Below the pieces are notes generated by a model. The model ran no database searches. It had not been told where the DNA came from and saw only the letters and a list, made by a program, of their open reading frames with translations. A stretch of DNA of 32,000 nucleotides from Opitutales bacterium (GTDB lineage: Bacteria > Verrucomicrobiota > Verrucomicrobiia > Opitutales > UBA9783). The DNA lies in assembly GCA_046881885.1 (NCBI GenBank), contig JBKSMP010000007.1:1-32000 (forward strand). Direction: 5' to 3'. The stretch's first letter is position 1. Each line of letters opens with the position of its first letter. The translations under genes and the position numbers were made by a program. Positions 15,936 to 28,094 of this stretch are shown here, one piece after another.

Positions 15936-16568
15936 TTACGCACTCTTTGATTTGCGAATCATTATAAAGCCACCCTTTGTTCCAGGCACGCTTCCTTTTA
16001 ACAAAATTAAACGTTTTTCGGGAATCGTCTTAACAACCAACAAATTTTGAACGGTTACGCGAACAGCCCCCATATGTCCAGGCATTTTTTGGTTCTTAAT
16101 AATGTGTCCCATACGACGGAAGTGACCATAACCACCTCCACGACGGTGAGTCATCGAACCGTGGGTTGCACGACCACCTCTAAAATTATAGCGTTTAACA
16201 ACACCTTGAAAACCTTTTCCTTTGCTGGTAGCAACAACATCCACCAACTGACCTTCGGCAAAAAGATCTACATTTAAGCTCTGGCCCAAGGAAAAATCTT
16301 GCAAATCATCTGTTGTGAACTCCTTAAAACGGCTCAATTTTTCAGAAATATTTGCCTTCTCCAAACGTCCGCTCGTCGGCTTGTTAATATGATTTTTCTC
16401 TTGATAAGCGATTTGAACAGCCTTGTAACCATCTTTTTCTTCGGTCTTAATTTGGCTTACACAACAAGGCTCCGCTTCAATAACTGTGACTGGCTGCAAA
16501 CAATTATTCGCATCGAATAATTGCGTCATGCCAATCTTCTTTCCAACTATTAATAATCTATCTTGCAT
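15936..16568 (-). CDS. rplC: 50S ribosomal protein L3
   Basis: ..L.GKKIGMTQLF.......PVTVIEA.P..V.Q.KT.EKDGY.A.Q.. and ..GKGFQGVVKR..F.GG.ATHGS..HR..G. Confidence 0.96.
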   Translation of the reverse strand: MQDRLLIVGKKIGMTQLFDANNCLQPVTVIEAEPCCVSQIKTEEKDGYKAVQIAYQEKNHINKPTSGRLEKANISEKLSRFKEFTTDDLQDFSLGQSLNVDLFAEGQLVDVVATSKGKGFQGVVKRYNFRGGRATHGSMTHRRGGGYGHFRRMGHIIKNQKMPGHMGAVRVTVQNLLVVKTIPEKRLILLKGSVPGTKGGFIMIRKSKSA

Positions 16569-16579
16569 AACACTAAGCG

Positions 16580-16612
16580 GCAGGTAATCTCCACACTTTC
16601 TATATAACCTGC
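16580..16612 (-). other. Stem-loop (6-bp GCAGGU/ACCUGC stem, 21-nt loop) in the 86-nt rpsJ-rplC spacer, 11 nt upstream of the rplC AUG
   Basis: The inverted repeat gcaggt (16580..16585) / acctgc (16607..16612) was read directly. The spacer is unusually long compared with the 1-25 nt junctions elsewhere. Confidence 0.4.
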
Positions 16613-16654
16613 ATTAGACTCAATCTGTTTATTTTTTTTCTGTCAATTAAAAAA

Positions 16655-16963
16655 TTAAAGATGTATCGAAATTTCAATACCTGCAGGCAAATTCAACTTT
16701 TTCAAGTCGTCAACTGTCTGTGGTGTTGGATCCTCAATTACGATCAATCGGCAATGCGTACGCAATTCAAACTGATCCATTGACTTTTTGTTTACGTGAG
16801 GCGAACGATTAACAGAAAAACGCTCAATTTTTGTCGGCAAAGGGATGGGGCCGCAGACACGCGAACCCGAACGTTTTGCCGTATCGACAATATCAAACGT
16901 AGACTGATCAACCGTACGATAATCGAACCCTCTTAATTTTATTCTAATTTTTTGTCCCGTCAT
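16655..16963 (-). CDS. rpsJ: 30S ribosomal protein S10
   Basis: ..QKIRIKL.GFD....DQS...IV.TA.R.G....GPIPLPT......V.RSPHV.KKS.DQFE.RTH.RLI.I. Confidence 0.96.
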   Translation of the reverse strand: MTGQKIRIKLRGFDYRTVDQSTFDIVDTAKRSGSRVCGPIPLPTKIERFSVNRSPHVNKKSMDQFELRTHCRLIVIEDPTPQTVDDLKKLNLPAGIEISIHL

Positions 16964-16981
16964 TTTTTTAAATATTAAGGA

Positions 16982-19129
16982 TTAAGAACGAGCAGGCGCA
17001 CGCGACACCGTCTCAACTATTTTACTCAACAAACTCGAAGGTACTTGCTCGAAATGTGAAGGCTCCATCGAATAAGAAGCACGACCTTTTGTTAAAGAAC
17101 GAATATCGGTTGCATAACCAAACATCATCTCTAATGGTACAAAAGCACTCACAATTGTTGCATTTCCCTTGCTTTCCATTCCCTGAATTTGACCTCTACG
17201 ACGATTAATATCACCCATAATATCACCTTGATACTCATCAGGAGTCGTAACTTCAACTTTCATAATTGGTTCCAACAAGATAGGACTTGCCTTCTTCATT
17301 GCATCTTTAAAGGCAAAAATTCCAGCCATCTTAAAGGCCAATTCAGAAGAGTCAACTTCGTGAAAACTTCCGTCAACAATACGAATTCTAAAACCAACCA
17401 CAGGATATCCGGCAACAACACCATTCTGAGCACCTTCCATCAAACCTTCTTGCGTTGGCTTAATGAATTCTTTCGGAATAGCACCTCCAACAATCTCGTT
17501 AACAACCTCGATGCCTTTACCTTTTTCAAGTGGCTCGATTTTGATGATAACGTGACCGTACTGTCCATGACCACCTGTTTGACGAATGAACTTACCTTCA
17601 CCTTCTGCGGCTTGCATAATGGTTTCACGATAAGCAATTTGAGGACGACCCGCATCTGCTTCTACTTTAAATTCACGGAACAAGCGATCGCGAATAATAT
17701 CCAAGTGCAATTCACCCATTCCAGAAATCAAGGTTTGTCCAGTTTCCTGATTTGAACTTACGCGGAAAGTCGGATCTTCTTCAGCCAAACGCTGCAAACC
17801 AATCGACAATTTTTCTTGGTCTGACTTTGTTTTTGGCTCAATCGACATACTAATAACCGGTTCTGGGAATGTTGGTGGCTCCAAATATACATTCAATTCT
17901 TTGTCGCACAAAGTATCACCCGTTACAACTTCACGAGGACCAATAAGTGCACAAATGTCTCCCGAATAAGCTTCTTCAACATCCAAACGTTCATTAGCCT
18001 TCATAACAACTAAACGACTAACACGTTCTTGTTTGCGCGTACGAGGATTATACAAAACCATACCTTTGCGCACAACACCCGCATAAACACGGAAGAAAAT
18101 CAACTTTCCTACGAAAGGATCCGTCATCAATTTGAAGGCCAAACCAACAGGAGCATGGTTATCATTGGATTCGATTTCCATCTTTTCACCATCGCGTTCA
18201 CCAGTCATTGGTGGCAAATCCAATGGGCTTGGTAAATAATCAACAACCGAATCAAGCACCATCTGAATTCCCTTATTCTTAAAGGAACTTCCTGGGATAA
18301 CACCAATAAACTTCAAGGCCAATGTTGCTTTACGAATAGCCTTTCTTAAATCTTCAGACGAAATCGTTTCACCTTCCAAGAATTTAGTGGCAATGTCATC
18401 ATCCAAATCCGCCAAACCTTCAATCAAAGACTCGCGCCAATGCTTAGCATCATCCTTGTATTCTGCAGGAATATCAACCACATCGTAACGCATTCCCTTT
18501 GGATCATTTTCATCATAAATATAGGCTTTTTCCTCAATAAGATCGATAAGCCCCTTAAATTGATCCTCGGCACCAATATTTAAAAACAATGGATAAGCAT
18601 TTCCGCCTAACTTTTCACGAATGTCATTAACAGCACCCAAAAAGTTTGCACCCGTACGGTCCATTTTGTTAATGTAAGCCAAACGTGGTACGCGATACTT
18701 GTCCATCTGACGCCAAACGGTTTCGGATTGTGGCTGAACACCGGCAACGGCACAAAATACAGCTACTGCACCATCCAAAACACGCAACGAACGTTCTACT
18801 TCCGCCGTAAAGTCAACGTGCCCTGGCGTATCAATAATATTAATACGATGATGGATATTGGGAAATAAACCAGCCTTGTTTGTCCAATCGCAACTAATAG
18901 CAGCAGACGTAATGGTAATACCACGCTCACGTTCCTGCTCCATCCAGTCGGTTGTAGCAGCTCCCTCATGGACCTCACCCATTTTATGAACAACACCCGT
19001 ATAAAACAAGATACGTTCTGTTGTCGTTGTTTTTCCGGCATCAATATGCGCAGCAATTCCAATATTTCTTAAGTATTCTAATGGATTTTTACGCTGCGGC
19101 GAATTTGCTGAAGAAAGTTCCTGACTCAT
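16982..19129 (-). CDS. fusA: Translation elongation factor G
   Basis: 715 aa. GTPase motifs [24 protein letters not shown]. Domain IV/V segments (..GGHGQYGHV.., ..[10 protein letters not shown]..). Follows rpsG. Confidence 0.97.
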   Translation of the reverse strand: MSQELSSANSPQRKNPLEYLRNIGIAAHIDAGKTTTTERILFYTGVVHKMGEVHEGAATTDWMEQERERGITITSAAISCDWTNKAGLFPNIHHRINIIDTPGHVDFTAEVERSLRVLDGAVAVFCAVAGVQPQSETVWRQMDKYRVPRLAYINKMDRTGANFLGAVNDIREKLGGNAYPLFLNIGAEDQFKGLIDLIEEKAYIYDENDPKGMRYDVVDIPAEYKDDAKHWRESLIEGLADLDDDIATKFLEGETISSEDLRKAIRKATLALKFIGVIPGSSFKNKGIQMVLDSVVDYLPSPLDLPPMTGERDGEKMEIESNDNHAPVGLAFKLMTDPFVGKLIFFRVYAGVVRKGMVLYNPRTRKQERVSRLVVMKANERLDVEEAYSGDICALIGPREVVTGDTLCDKELNVYLEPPTFPEPVISMSIEPKTKSDQEKLSIGLQRLAEEDPTFRVSSNQETGQTLISGMGELHLDIIRDRLFREFKVEADAGRPQIAYRETIMQAAEGEGKFIRQTGGHGQYGHVIIKIEPLEKGKGIEVVNEIVGGAIPKEFIKPTQEGLMEGAQNGVVAGYPVVGFRIRIVDGSFHEVDSSELAFKMAGIFAFKDAMKKASPILLEPIMKVEVTTPDEYQGDIMGDINRRRGQIQGMESKGNATIVSAFVPLEMMFGYATDIRSLTKGRASYSMEPSHFEQVPSSLLSKIVETVSRAPARS

Positions 19130-19144
19130 AAATCAAACCCTTAA

Positions 19145-19618
19145 TTAAGACCAACGCAAATGAGCAAAAGCACGATTAGCTTGAGCCATACGATGTACTT
19201 CTTCTTTCTTTTTAACTACTTCACCGGTATTGTTGTAAGCATCTATAATTTCGTTTGCAAGACCTTCCAACATAGCACCTTTGCGCTTATTTGCGGCTTG
19301 AACTAACCAACGAAACGCCAAACCAACCTGACGTTGATAAGGAACCTCCATTGGAACTTGATAGGTGGCACCGCCGACACGACGACTCTTTACCTCCAAT
19401 TTTGGACGAATGTTTTCCAAAGCGGCCAACAAGAAATCCATTGGATCTCCCTTGCCCAAGTTTTCGCTTACACGCTCAATAGCTCCGTAAACAATACGAC
19501 GCGCTAAGGATTTCTTTCCACAACGCATAACACGATTCGTCAATTGTTCCACCAAAACACTTTTATAGCGTGGATCTTCTTTTATTTCTCTACGTTCTGC
19601 TCTTCTACGACGTGCCAT
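19145..19618 (-). CDS. rpsG: 30S ribosomal protein S7
   Basis: MARRRRAE.R.I..DP.Y.S.LV..L.N..M..GKKS.A..IVY.A.. and C-terminal ..A..NRAFAH.RW. Confidence 0.96.
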   Translation of the reverse strand: MARRRRAERREIKEDPRYKSVLVEQLTNRVMRCGKKSLARRIVYGAIERVSENLGKGDPMDFLLAALENIRPKLEVKSRRVGGATYQVPMEVPYQRQVGLAFRWLVQAANKRKGAMLEGLANEIIDAYNNTGEVVKKKEEVHRMAQANRAFAHLRWS

Positions 19619-19630
19619 AAAACAACCTTA

Positions 19631-20014
19631 TTATTTCTTACTATCCTTTGGACGTTGAACGCCATACTTCGAACGACTACGACGTCTCTTTTCAACACCT
19701 TGTGAATCCAATGCCCCGCGAACAACATGGTAACGAACACCGGGCAAATCCGGAACACGTCCACCACGAACAAGAACAACACTGTGCTCTTGCAAATTAT
19801 GCCCCTCGTCAGGGATATAAGCAATCACTTCCGAACCATTCGTCAAACGTACTTTTGTTACCTTACGCACAGCCGAATTAGGCTTCTTAGGCGTACGTGT
19901 CATTACTTGAATACACACACCACGCTTAAAAGGATTCTTACCCAAAGCAGGTGCTTTTGATTTCGAACTAACTTTCGTTCTCGGTTTTACGATTAATTGA
20001 TTAATTGTAGGCAT
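19631..20014 (-). CDS. rpsL: 30S ribosomal protein S12
   Basis: Canonical start MPTINQLI at ATG 20014, plus ..[48 protein letters not shown]. The track extension to TTG 20074 adds 20 non-homologous residues. Confidence 0.96.
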   Translation of the reverse strand: MPTINQLIVKPRTKVSSKSKAPALGKNPFKRGVCIQVMTRTPKKPNSAVRKVTKVRLTNGSEVIAYIPDEGHNLQEHSVVLVRGGRVPDLPGVRYHVVRGALDSQGVEKRRRSRSKYGVQRPKDSKK

Positions 20015-20053
20015 TTTATATCTATTACCAAAAAAATTAAAGTTACTGTAACA

Positions 20054-20092
20054 GGATGCAAGATTTTTTTTCAAAAAAACGACCTTGCACCC
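20054..20092 (-). other. Long imperfect hairpin just after the rpoC stop (9-bp outer stem GGGUGCAAG/CUUGCAUCC enclosing complementary U7 and A8 runs)
   Basis: ggatgcaag (20054..20062) and cttgcaccc (20084..20092) are complementary, including one G-U pair on the minus-strand RNA. The inner t8/a7 tracts can pair. No contiguous U-tract follows the outer stem. Confidence 0.4.
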
Positions 20093-20099
20093 ACATTTG

Positions 20100-23000
20100 T
20101 TAAGCTTCTGAAGCTACCTCCTCACATGTTTGTTGTTCCGATTGTGCTTCTTCACAGGTTTTAATGAGCATATGACGGTATTGCGGCATACCTGTTCCTG
20201 CAGGAATCAAGTTACCCATAATCACATTCTCTTTAAATCCGGTTAGGGCATCTTTCTTACCCAATGTTGCAGCTTCCGTCAAAACACGTGTCGTTTCTTG
20301 GAAAGAAGCAGCAGAAATGAAACTATCGGTCTCCAACGAAGCTTTTGTAATTCCCAACAAGACAGGTTCACCTTCTGCTGGTTTTCCTCCGGCCTCCAAA
20401 ATCTTCTCGTTCATCTCTAAGAAATCAAAACGATCGACTTGTTCTCCCCAGAAATATTCCGTGTCACCTGGATCTACCACACGCACTTTACTCAACATAC
20501 GCGCAATGATAACTTCCAAGTGTTTATCATTAATGACAACCCCCTGCAAACGGTAAACTTTTTGAATTTCCGAAAGCAAGTACTCTTGCAAAGCATGCAC
20601 ACCCAATACCGCCAAAATTTCATGTGGATCGGCAGCACCTTCAGTCAAGAGTTGTCCCTTCTTTACAAAATCACCTGGCTGAACAACCATTTGCTTACCA
20701 TGAGGTACCAAATGCTCTTCAGTTTCATCCGTATCGGTATTGGTGATAATCATACGCTTTTTACCACGAGACATACCTGACAACGAAACCACACCATCCA
20801 TACGAGCAATTTCTGCAACCTCTTTTGGACGACGCGCTTCGAACAATTCCGCAACACGTGGCAAACCACCAGTAATATCTTGCGTCTTGGCTGCAGAACG
20901 CGGCGTTTTAGCTAACAAGGCACCGGGATAAATTTCATCCCCCTCATTAACGATAACCTGCGCACCCACTGGAATTGCATACGTTGCCAACACCTTCGTC
21001 GAATCTTCTGGATCCATAACTTCAACTGATGGATTCAAGTCTTCCTGGTGTTCAATAATAATTCCCAAAGCCTGACCGCTTGAATTATCGATAGAACGAC
21101 GCATCGTAATACCAGGCATCATATCCTTAAAGCGCACTAAACCACCTTTTTCAGATAAAATCGGAATATTATGCAAATCCCACATAGCAAGCACGCTGTC
21201 TTTCTCGATATAACCGCCATCTTCAACGGTCAAAAGCGAACCGGCATAAATATGAATCACTTCCAAATCTCTGTGATCCTCAGAAACAATGCGTACAACA
21301 CCTGTTTTGTTCAAAACAATGGTCGCATTATCGCCAGTTTTTACAATACGCAAGCCATCATACTTAACACGACCCGAATGTTTTACACGAATTTCAGGAG
21401 ACTTTAACACCTGACTCGCTACACCTCCAACGTGGAAGGTACGCAAGGTCAACTGAGTACCTGGCTCACCAATTGATTGTGCAGCAATAATACCAATCGA
21501 AGTTCCTTCTTTTACCAATTCGTGTGTTGAAGGATCCAAACCATAAGCACGTGCAGGCATTGTATTTTTCTGCATATGCGTCAACGGCGAAAGCACTTTA
21601 ATACGATCAATTCCTAAAGCATCTACACGTTTGCTTTGCGCTTCAGAAATCACTTCTCCACGACGAATAATAACCTCTTCTGGATTGATTGGATTGATAA
21701 CATCGTCACAAGAACAACGACCCACGATACGCTCAGACAACTTAACAATTTCTTCGTCACCCTCGTAAATTGCTTGCTTCCAAATACCCTTGTTGAAATC
21801 TAACTGATCATCACCTTTTTCAACAATGCAGTCCATAGCAACGTCACACAACTTACGTGTCAAGTAACCCGCATCAGCTGTCTTCAAAGCTGTATCTGCC
21901 ATACCTTTACGAGCTCCGTGAGTTGAAATAAAGTACTCCAACACATTCAAACCTTCACGGAAAGAAGATAAAATCGGCTGTTCAATAATTTCTCCAGACG
22001 GCTTAGCCATCAAACCACGAGCTCCACACAACTGACGAACCTGTTGCTTGTTACCACGAGCCCCAGAAGTCATCATCATGTAAACCGAATTCAAATCCTT
22101 TGAATTGGCATCTTCTAGACCTTTAAACGCAATTTTAGCAATTTCATCGGTTGCACTTGACCAAACATCAACAACCTTACTATAACGTTCACCATCCGTA
22201 ATAATACCGCGTTTAAACTGATTCTCAACTTCTTTAATCTTTTTGCGGCTCTTTTCAATAATAGCAGCTTTTTCGCCTGGTACCAACATGTCATCAATAC
22301 CAATAGAAGCTCCTAATTTTGTAGCCATCGCAAAACCTAATTGCTTCAAATCATCCAATACTTCAACCGCCTTAGCTTGATCGGCCAAATTATAAGTCGC
22401 AGCAATTAATTCCGAAAGTTTTCCATTATCAACCGTATCGTTAACAAATCCCATACCTTCCGGCCAAATCGTGTTGAATAAAACACGACCAATTGTTGTA
22501 CGAATGTATTTTTCCTTCGCTAAACCAAACTTTGTTTCCTTTCCAAAATCAGGATTTGGCATGTCAACCCAATCATGCAAGGAAAGAACACCTTCGGATT
22601 CAATACGCAAGGCTTCTTGTCCACTTCCAACGATCGTTACACGTTCAGACTTTGCAGGTTTTGCCTTGGTTTCTGCCGTCAAAAAATACATTCCCAAAAC
22701 AATATCTTGCGATGGAGTTAAAACCGGCTTTCCACTCGAAGGCGCAAACATATTGTTGGTCGAAAGCATCAACAAACGGGCTTCCAAAATAGCTTCTGTC
22801 GATAAAGGCACGTGTACCGCCATTTGGTCACCGTCAAAGTCCGCGTTAAAAGCGGAACAAACAAGCGGATGCAAACGAATCGCTTCACCTTCAATCAAAA
22901 TAGGCTCAAAGGCTTGAATCGAAAGACGGTGCAAGGATGGCGCACGATTCAAAAGAACTGGATGCCCTTTAACAACTTCCGCCAAAATATCCCAAACTTC

Positions 23001-24227
23001 TGGCGAACGATTTTCAATCATTCTACGAGCAGCACGAACCGTATGCGCAAACCCTAACTCTTTCAAACGACAGATAATAAAGGGCTCAAATAGTACAAGC
23101 GCCATTTTCTTGGGCAAACCACACTGATGAAGCTTCAAATCTGGCCCGATAACAATAACCGAACGTCCACTATAGTCAACACGTTTACCTAAAAGATTTT
23201 GACGGAAACGACCTTGTTTTCCCTTCAACATGTCACTCAAAGACTTCAAAGGACGATTTGCCGAACCCGTAACTGGACGTGTTCCATGACGACCATTGTC
23301 AAACAAAGCATCTACAGCTTCTTGCAACATGCGCTTTTCGTTATGAATAATAACATCAGGTGTCTTCAGCTGTAACAAATTACGCAAACGATTGTTACGA
23401 TTAATAACACGACGATATAAATCATTCAAATCACTCGTAGCAAAACGACCACCTTCTAATGGAATTAAAGGACGCAAATCCGGTGGAATAACAGGAATAA
23501 CATCCAAGACCATCCATTCCGGTAAAGCACCCGAATTAATAAAACCATTAACAATCTTTAAACGCTTGGCTAACTTTTTCTTAACTTGCTTAGACTTGGT
23601 ATTCGCAATTTCCATTTGAATTGCCGAAATTTCGCTCTCTAAATCAAGCTTTTGCAACAAATCCTTAATGGCTTCTGCACCCATTTTAGCCACAAAAGCA
23701 TCCTCACCGAACTCTTCTTGAGCGGCTTGATACTCATGTTCTGTTAATAATTGACGTTCTTCCAACGAAGTGCTACCTGGATCAATAACGATGTAATTTT
23801 CGTAATAAATAACCCGCTCCAAATCGCGCATGGTCATACCTAATAATAGACCAAAACGACTTGGCATGGTCTTCAAAAACCAGATATGTGCAACTGGAAC
23901 CGCCAATTCAATGTGCCCCATCCATTCACGACGAACACGCGACAAAGTAACTTCTACGCCACAACGATCGCAAACAACACCTTTGTACTTAATACGCTTG
24001 TACTTACCACAAGCACATTCGTAATCGCGAACAGGACCAAAGATTTTTTGACAAAATAAACCGCCTGGTTCTGGCTTGTAGGTACGATAATTAATCGTTT
24101 CCGGATTTTTAACTTCACCTTTTGACCATTGGCGAATGGCATCTGGAGAAGCCACCGCAATACTTACCGCATCAAATGTTGGCTCCTCTTCGAACCCTAA
24201 TACTTCTCGAACTTCTTCTTTAGCCAT
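20100..24227 (-). CDS. rpoC: DNA-directed RNA polymerase subunit beta'
   Basis: 1375 aa. N-terminal zinc motif [22 protein letters not shown], catalytic [12 protein letters not shown], and bridge-helix and trigger-loop regions. The start lies 4 nt after the rpoB stop. Confidence 0.98.
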   Translation of the reverse strand: MAKEEVREVLGFEEEPTFDAVSIAVASPDAIRQWSKGEVKNPETINYRTYKPEPGGLFCQKIFGPVRDYECACGKYKRIKYKGVVCDRCGVEVTLSRVRREWMGHIELAVPVAHIWFLKTMPSRFGLLLGMTMRDLERVIYYENYIVIDPGSTSLEERQLLTEHEYQAAQEEFGEDAFVAKMGAEAIKDLLQKLDLESEISAIQMEIANTKSKQVKKKLAKRLKIVNGFINSGALPEWMVLDVIPVIPPDLRPLIPLEGGRFATSDLNDLYRRVINRNNRLRNLLQLKTPDVIIHNEKRMLQEAVDALFDNGRHGTRPVTGSANRPLKSLSDMLKGKQGRFRQNLLGKRVDYSGRSVIVIGPDLKLHQCGLPKKMALVLFEPFIICRLKELGFAHTVRAARRMIENRSPEVWDILAEVVKGHPVLLNRAPSLHRLSIQAFEPILIEGEAIRLHPLVCSAFNADFDGDQMAVHVPLSTEAILEARLLMLSTNNMFAPSSGKPVLTPSQDIVLGMYFLTAETKAKPAKSERVTIVGSGQEALRIESEGVLSLHDWVDMPNPDFGKETKFGLAKEKYIRTTIGRVLFNTIWPEGMGFVNDTVDNGKLSELIAATYNLADQAKAVEVLDDLKQLGFAMATKLGASIGIDDMLVPGEKAAIIEKSRKKIKEVENQFKRGIITDGERYSKVVDVWSSATDEIAKIAFKGLEDANSKDLNSVYMMMTSGARGNKQQVRQLCGARGLMAKPSGEIIEQPILSSFREGLNVLEYFISTHGARKGMADTALKTADAGYLTRKLCDVAMDCIVEKGDDQLDFNKGIWKQAIYEGDEEIVKLSERIVGRCSCDDVINPINPEEVIIRRGEVISEAQSKRVDALGIDRIKVLSPLTHMQKNTMPARAYGLDPSTHELVKEGTSIGIIAAQSIGEPGTQLTLRTFHVGGVASQVLKSPEIRVKHSGRVKYDGLRIVKTGDNATIVLNKTGVVRIVSEDHRDLEVIHIYAGSLLTVEDGGYIEKDSVLAMWDLHNIPILSEKGGLVRFKDMMPGITMRRSIDNSSGQALGIIIEHQEDLNPSVEVMDPEDSTKVLATYAIPVGAQVIVNEGDEIYPGALLAKTPRSAAKTQDITGGLPRVAELFEARRPKEVAEIARMDGVVSLSGMSRGKKRMIITNTDTDETEEHLVPHGKQMVVQPGDFVKKGQLLTEGAADPHEILAVLGVHALQEYLLSEIQKVYRLQGVVINDKHLEVIIARMLSKVRVVDPGDTEYFWGEQVDRFDFLEMNEKILEAGGKPAEGEPVLLGITKASLETDSFISAASFQETTRVLTEAATLGKKDALTGFKENVIMGNLIPAGTGMPQYRHMLIKTCEEAQSEQQTCEEVASEA

Positions 24228-24231
24228 ATAA

Positions 24232-27200
24232 TTATTCCTGGAGGTTTACATCTTCAAAGAACTGTTGTTGTTTAGATTCCAATTTTACATCCAAACACAA
24301 ACCTTGCATTTCCTTTACCAAAACATTGAAAGATTGAGGAATTCCCGCTTGTAACGAATGATATCCCTTGACAATCGCTTCATAAACACGCGTACGTCCT
24401 TGAACATCGTCCGACTTAACTGTCAACAATTCTTGCAAGGAATACGCTGCACCATACGCTTCCAAGGCCCAAACTTCCATTTCACCGAAACGCTGACCAC
24501 CATATTGTGCTTTACCACCCAATGGTTGTTGCGTAATCAAACTATAAGGACCAACTGCACGTGCGTGAATCTTATTTGCGACCAAGTGATTCAACTTCAT
24601 CATGTACGTACAACCCACCACAACTTTTTGTGCAAAGGCATCACCCGTACAACCATCATACAAAGTAATTTTACCACTTTCAGGCAAGTTTGCTTTTTGT
24701 AAGAATTCACGAATCGTCAACTCAGAAACACCATCAAAAACCGGCGTTGAAATCTTCAATCCAAGCAACTTACAAGCCCATCCTAAGTGTGTTTCCAAAA
24801 CTTGACCAATATTCATTCGGCTTGGTACACCCAACGGATTCAAAATGATGTCAACTGGCGTTCCATCGGCCAAAAATGGCATATCTTGAACGGGAACTAC
24901 ACGCGAAACAACACCTTTGTTACCGTGACGTCCTGCCATCTTATCTCCAACTTGGATCTTGCGCTTAACGGCAATCAAAACCTTAACACTCTTAATGACA
25001 CCCGCGCTTTCTTCTTCCGCATCCAAACGTTGAATTTTTGCTTCGTAATCTTGCTCTAAAGCTTCAAATTGCTTCTTAAATTGACCAATAATCTCGAAAA
25101 TCTTAATACGAACGGGAGATTGTTCCACCTCTAATTGATCCGGAACAGAAGCCAACTTACGCAATAAAGTTTTCGTAATCTTACGATTTGCAGGAATAAG
25201 AATCTCGCCGGTCTCACTATTAGTAATATCCAACGGAATCTTCTCACCTAAAAGCACATTTGACAAGGCTTCCGTTAAGCTTTCGCGCAAACTTTCCTTG
25301 GCAGCACGTTGCTCTTCAGTAATCTTCTTAAGCTGACGACGACGATCTATTGAACTAGAAGCCTCTTCACTCTCGCCCTTATCGGCATGCGTTGAAGTAC
25401 GAACATCCATAACAATACCCGTACACCCTGGAGGCGCCAACATCGAAGAATCTTTAATATCTGCAGCTTTTTCACCAAAAATTGCACGTAATAACTTCTC
25501 TTCCGGAGCTAATTCCGTTTCACTTTTTGGCGTAATTTTTCCAACTAAAATATCACCGGGATATACTTCCGAACCGACACGAACGATACCGTTACGATCT
25601 AAGTTTTTCAGAGCTTCTTCACCCACATTTGGAATATCGCGCGTAATTTCTTCAGCACCTAACTTGGTATCACGAGCAACAACCTCATACTCTTCAATAT
25701 GAATTGAGGTAAAGACGTCTTCTGTAACCACACGTTCACTCAGAATAATAGCATCCTCAAAATTGTAACCATTCCAAGGCATGTAAGCAACCAAAACATT
25801 GCTTCCTAAAGCCAATTCGCCATTTTCTGTTGCGGCACCATCCGCCAAAACCTGTCCTGCTTTAACCGATTCTCCTAACTTTACCAAAGGCTTCTGATTA
25901 AAGCAAGTTGTGGCATTCGAACGAACGAATTTATATAAATGGTAAACATAAATACCTTTTTTAGCATCCGTCTTAAGTACTTTATCGCCACGAACTGTCG
26001 GCATTTTACCATCCGAAGTAATTACAATATGCTTACCATCAACAGCAGCTACAATACCATCGGATTCCGACACTAAAATGGTTCTCGAATCGCGTGCAAC
26101 TTTCTCTTCTAAGCCCGTTCCAACCAAAGGCGCTTGTGCCTTCAACAAAGGAACACCTTGACGTTGCATGTTTGAACCCATCAAAGCACGGCTCGCGTCA
26201 TCATGCTCTAAGAAAGGAATCAAGCCCGTCGCAACCGAAATCAATTGCTTTGGCGAAACGTCCATATAAGTTACTTCTTTAGGATCGACTTCAACCACTT
26301 CAAAACGTTTGCGGGCAGTAACACGGCCGTCTAAATGACCCTTTTCATCCATCTTCGAATTGGCCTGAGCAACCACTTCGCGCTCTTCTTGTTCGGCTGT
26401 TAAATAATGAACTTCATCGGTAACAACACCTTTGCGTACCAATCGATAAGGTGTTTCAATAAAGCCAAACTCATTTACGCGTGCATACGTTGTTAAGGAA
26501 TTGATCAAACCGATATTCGGTCCTTCTGGTGTCTCAATTGGACAAATACGACCATAGTGAGAAGCATGAACGTCACGAACTTCCAAACCTGCACGATCAC
26601 GGTTGAGACCTCCAGGTCCTAAAGCCGACAAACGGCGCTTATGTGTCAATTCCGCCAATGGATTGATTTGATCCATTAACTGAGACAATTGGCTACGTGC
26701 AAAAAAGTCGCGAACAACCGTCGACAAAGCCTTCGTGTTCATCAAACGCTGTGGTGTAACCGCATCAACCGTCTGATCATAAAGAGCCATACGTTCACGA
26801 ACAATACGTTCCGTACGCGACAATCCCAAACGGCATTGATGATATAACAATTCTCCGACAGGACGTACGCGACGGCTTCCCAAGTGGTCAATATCATCCA
26901 CTAAGCCTAAACCTTTGCGCAAACCACACAAATAGCGTGTTGCAGCAACAATATCACTTGGCTGTAATAAACGCTTATTAAGCGATGTAGATTCGCCAAA
27001 TTTTTCATTTAAACGATAACGTCCTACGCGACTCAAATCGTAACGCTTCTCATCAAAAAACAAACGTTTGAAGAAGGTTCTTGCATTTTGTAAAGTAGCT
27101 GGATCTCCAGGACGCAAGCGCTTGAAAATTTCACGCAAAGCTTCTTCTTCATTTGGAGCCACATCTTTCTTTAAACAACGAATAATAACACCATCATCGC

Positions 27201-28029
27201 TGCTACTATCTACCACCAAAACGCTCTCAATACCCGATTCTTGAAAACTTTGCAAAACCGTCTTGGTAACCGGTTCAAAGGCACGCGCTAAAACAAGTCC
27301 CTTTTGCGCATCCACAACGTCTTCAACCAAAATATAACCTGAAAGATCTTCCTTGCCTAACAAGTCAGCAACAGAAAAGGTTTCGGGCTTGTAAAATAAA
27401 TTTAAAATATCAATGTCGCTGCTAAAACCCAATGCACGCAAAAAAGTTGTAATCAAGAAACGACGACGACGGCGGCGGCGATCCAAATAAACATACAACA
27501 AATCATTGGGATCAAACTGAACTTCAATCCAGGTACCACGATCTGGAATAATACGAAATGAATATAAATTTCTTCCCGTCGTATGCATCTCTTGTTCGAA
27601 ACAAATACCAGGTGAACGATGCAATTGACTGACAATAACTCTTTCGGCTCCATTAACAATAAAAGAAGCACGTGGCGTCATCAACGGAATTTCACCCATG
27701 TAAATTTCGCTTTCTTGCACGCTTTCTTCCGTTTTTAAACGCAAAGTAACATACAAAGAAACCGCATAGGTTGTTCCGTCGCGAATACAATCATAATCTG
27801 ACAATTTTGGCTCAATCAATTGGTAAGAAACATATTCCAACCGACACTTATTGTCATAACTTTCTATAGGGAAAATCTCCTGAAAAACAGCTTCTAAACC
27901 TATCTTCTTCCTTTGACTAGGAGATACATCGGCTTGCAAAAATTCCCGGTAGGACGCCAACTGCAAACCTATTAAATCGGGTGGCGGAACCACTTCTTTT
28001 ATTTTTCCAAAATTGATACGATTTGACAT
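24232..28029 (-). CDS. rpoB: DNA-directed RNA polymerase subunit beta
   Basis: 1265 aa. MSNRINFGK.. start, rifampicin-cluster segment ..[30 protein letters not shown].., and C-terminal ..[31 protein letters not shown]. Confidence 0.98.
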   Translation of the reverse strand: MSNRINFGKIKEVVPPPDLIGLQLASYREFLQADVSPSQRKKIGLEAVFQEIFPIESYDNKCRLEYVSYQLIEPKLSDYDCIRDGTTYAVSLYVTLRLKTEESVQESEIYMGEIPLMTPRASFIVNGAERVIVSQLHRSPGICFEQEMHTTGRNLYSFRIIPDRGTWIEVQFDPNDLLYVYLDRRRRRRRFLITTFLRALGFSSDIDILNLFYKPETFSVADLLGKEDLSGYILVEDVVDAQKGLVLARAFEPVTKTVLQSFQESGIESVLVVDSSSDDGVIIRCLKKDVAPNEEEALREIFKRLRPGDPATLQNARTFFKRLFFDEKRYDLSRVGRYRLNEKFGESTSLNKRLLQPSDIVAATRYLCGLRKGLGLVDDIDHLGSRRVRPVGELLYHQCRLGLSRTERIVRERMALYDQTVDAVTPQRLMNTKALSTVVRDFFARSQLSQLMDQINPLAELTHKRRLSALGPGGLNRDRAGLEVRDVHASHYGRICPIETPEGPNIGLINSLTTYARVNEFGFIETPYRLVRKGVVTDEVHYLTAEQEEREVVAQANSKMDEKGHLDGRVTARKRFEVVEVDPKEVTYMDVSPKQLISVATGLIPFLEHDDASRALMGSNMQRQGVPLLKAQAPLVGTGLEEKVARDSRTILVSESDGIVAAVDGKHIVITSDGKMPTVRGDKVLKTDAKKGIYVYHLYKFVRSNATTCFNQKPLVKLGESVKAGQVLADGAATENGELALGSNVLVAYMPWNGYNFEDAIILSERVVTEDVFTSIHIEEYEVVARDTKLGAEEITRDIPNVGEEALKNLDRNGIVRVGSEVYPGDILVGKITPKSETELAPEEKLLRAIFGEKAADIKDSSMLAPPGCTGIVMDVRTSTHADKGESEEASSSIDRRRQLKKITEEQRAAKESLRESLTEALSNVLLGEKIPLDITNSETGEILIPANRKITKTLLRKLASVPDQLEVEQSPVRIKIFEIIGQFKKQFEALEQDYEAKIQRLDAEEESAGVIKSVKVLIAVKRKIQVGDKMAGRHGNKGVVSRVVPVQDMPFLADGTPVDIILNPLGVPSRMNIGQVLETHLGWACKLLGLKISTPVFDGVSELTIREFLQKANLPESGKITLYDGCTGDAFAQKVVVGCTYMMKLNHLVANKIHARAVGPYSLITQQPLGGKAQYGGQRFGEMEVWALEAYGAAYSLQELLTVKSDDVQGRTRVYEAIVKGYHSLQAGIPQSFNVLVKEMQGLCLDVKLESKQQQFFEDVNLQE
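27460..27480 (-). repeat. Trinucleotide tract (CGC)3(CGT)4 encoding Arg x7 inside rpoB
   Basis: The plus strand acgacgacgacggcggcggcg at 27460..27480 translates as [10 protein letters not shown]. Confidence 0.9.
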
Positions 28030-28039
28030 AAATAGGAAC

Positions 28040-28075
28040 CTAAAACAAGGATTTTTTCTCCCAACCCATCCTCGT
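28040..28075 (-). terminator. Attenuator-like hairpin in the rplL-rpoB spacer (8-bp stem ACGAGGAU/AUCCUUGU, 15-nt loop, then UUUA)
   Basis: atcctcgt (28068..28075) pairs with acaaggat (28045..28052). On the minus-strand RNA it is followed by only a short U run, so it is at most a partial terminator. Confidence 0.3.
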
Positions 28076-28094
28076 TTTACGCGTTAAAATGAAC

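Noticed and set aside
16641-16646. TTGACA box (minus strand) in the rpsJ-rplC spacer as an internal promoter
   Set aside because: No acceptable -10 lies at 16-19 nt spacing: TTGAGT at 17, TCTAAT at 22.
20015-20074. 20-codon N-terminal extension of rpsL in the ORF track ([20 protein letters not shown])
   Set aside because: It starts at a TTG inside the post-rpoC hairpin. The canonical S12 start MPTINQLI begins at ATG 20014, and the extension has no homology to S12.
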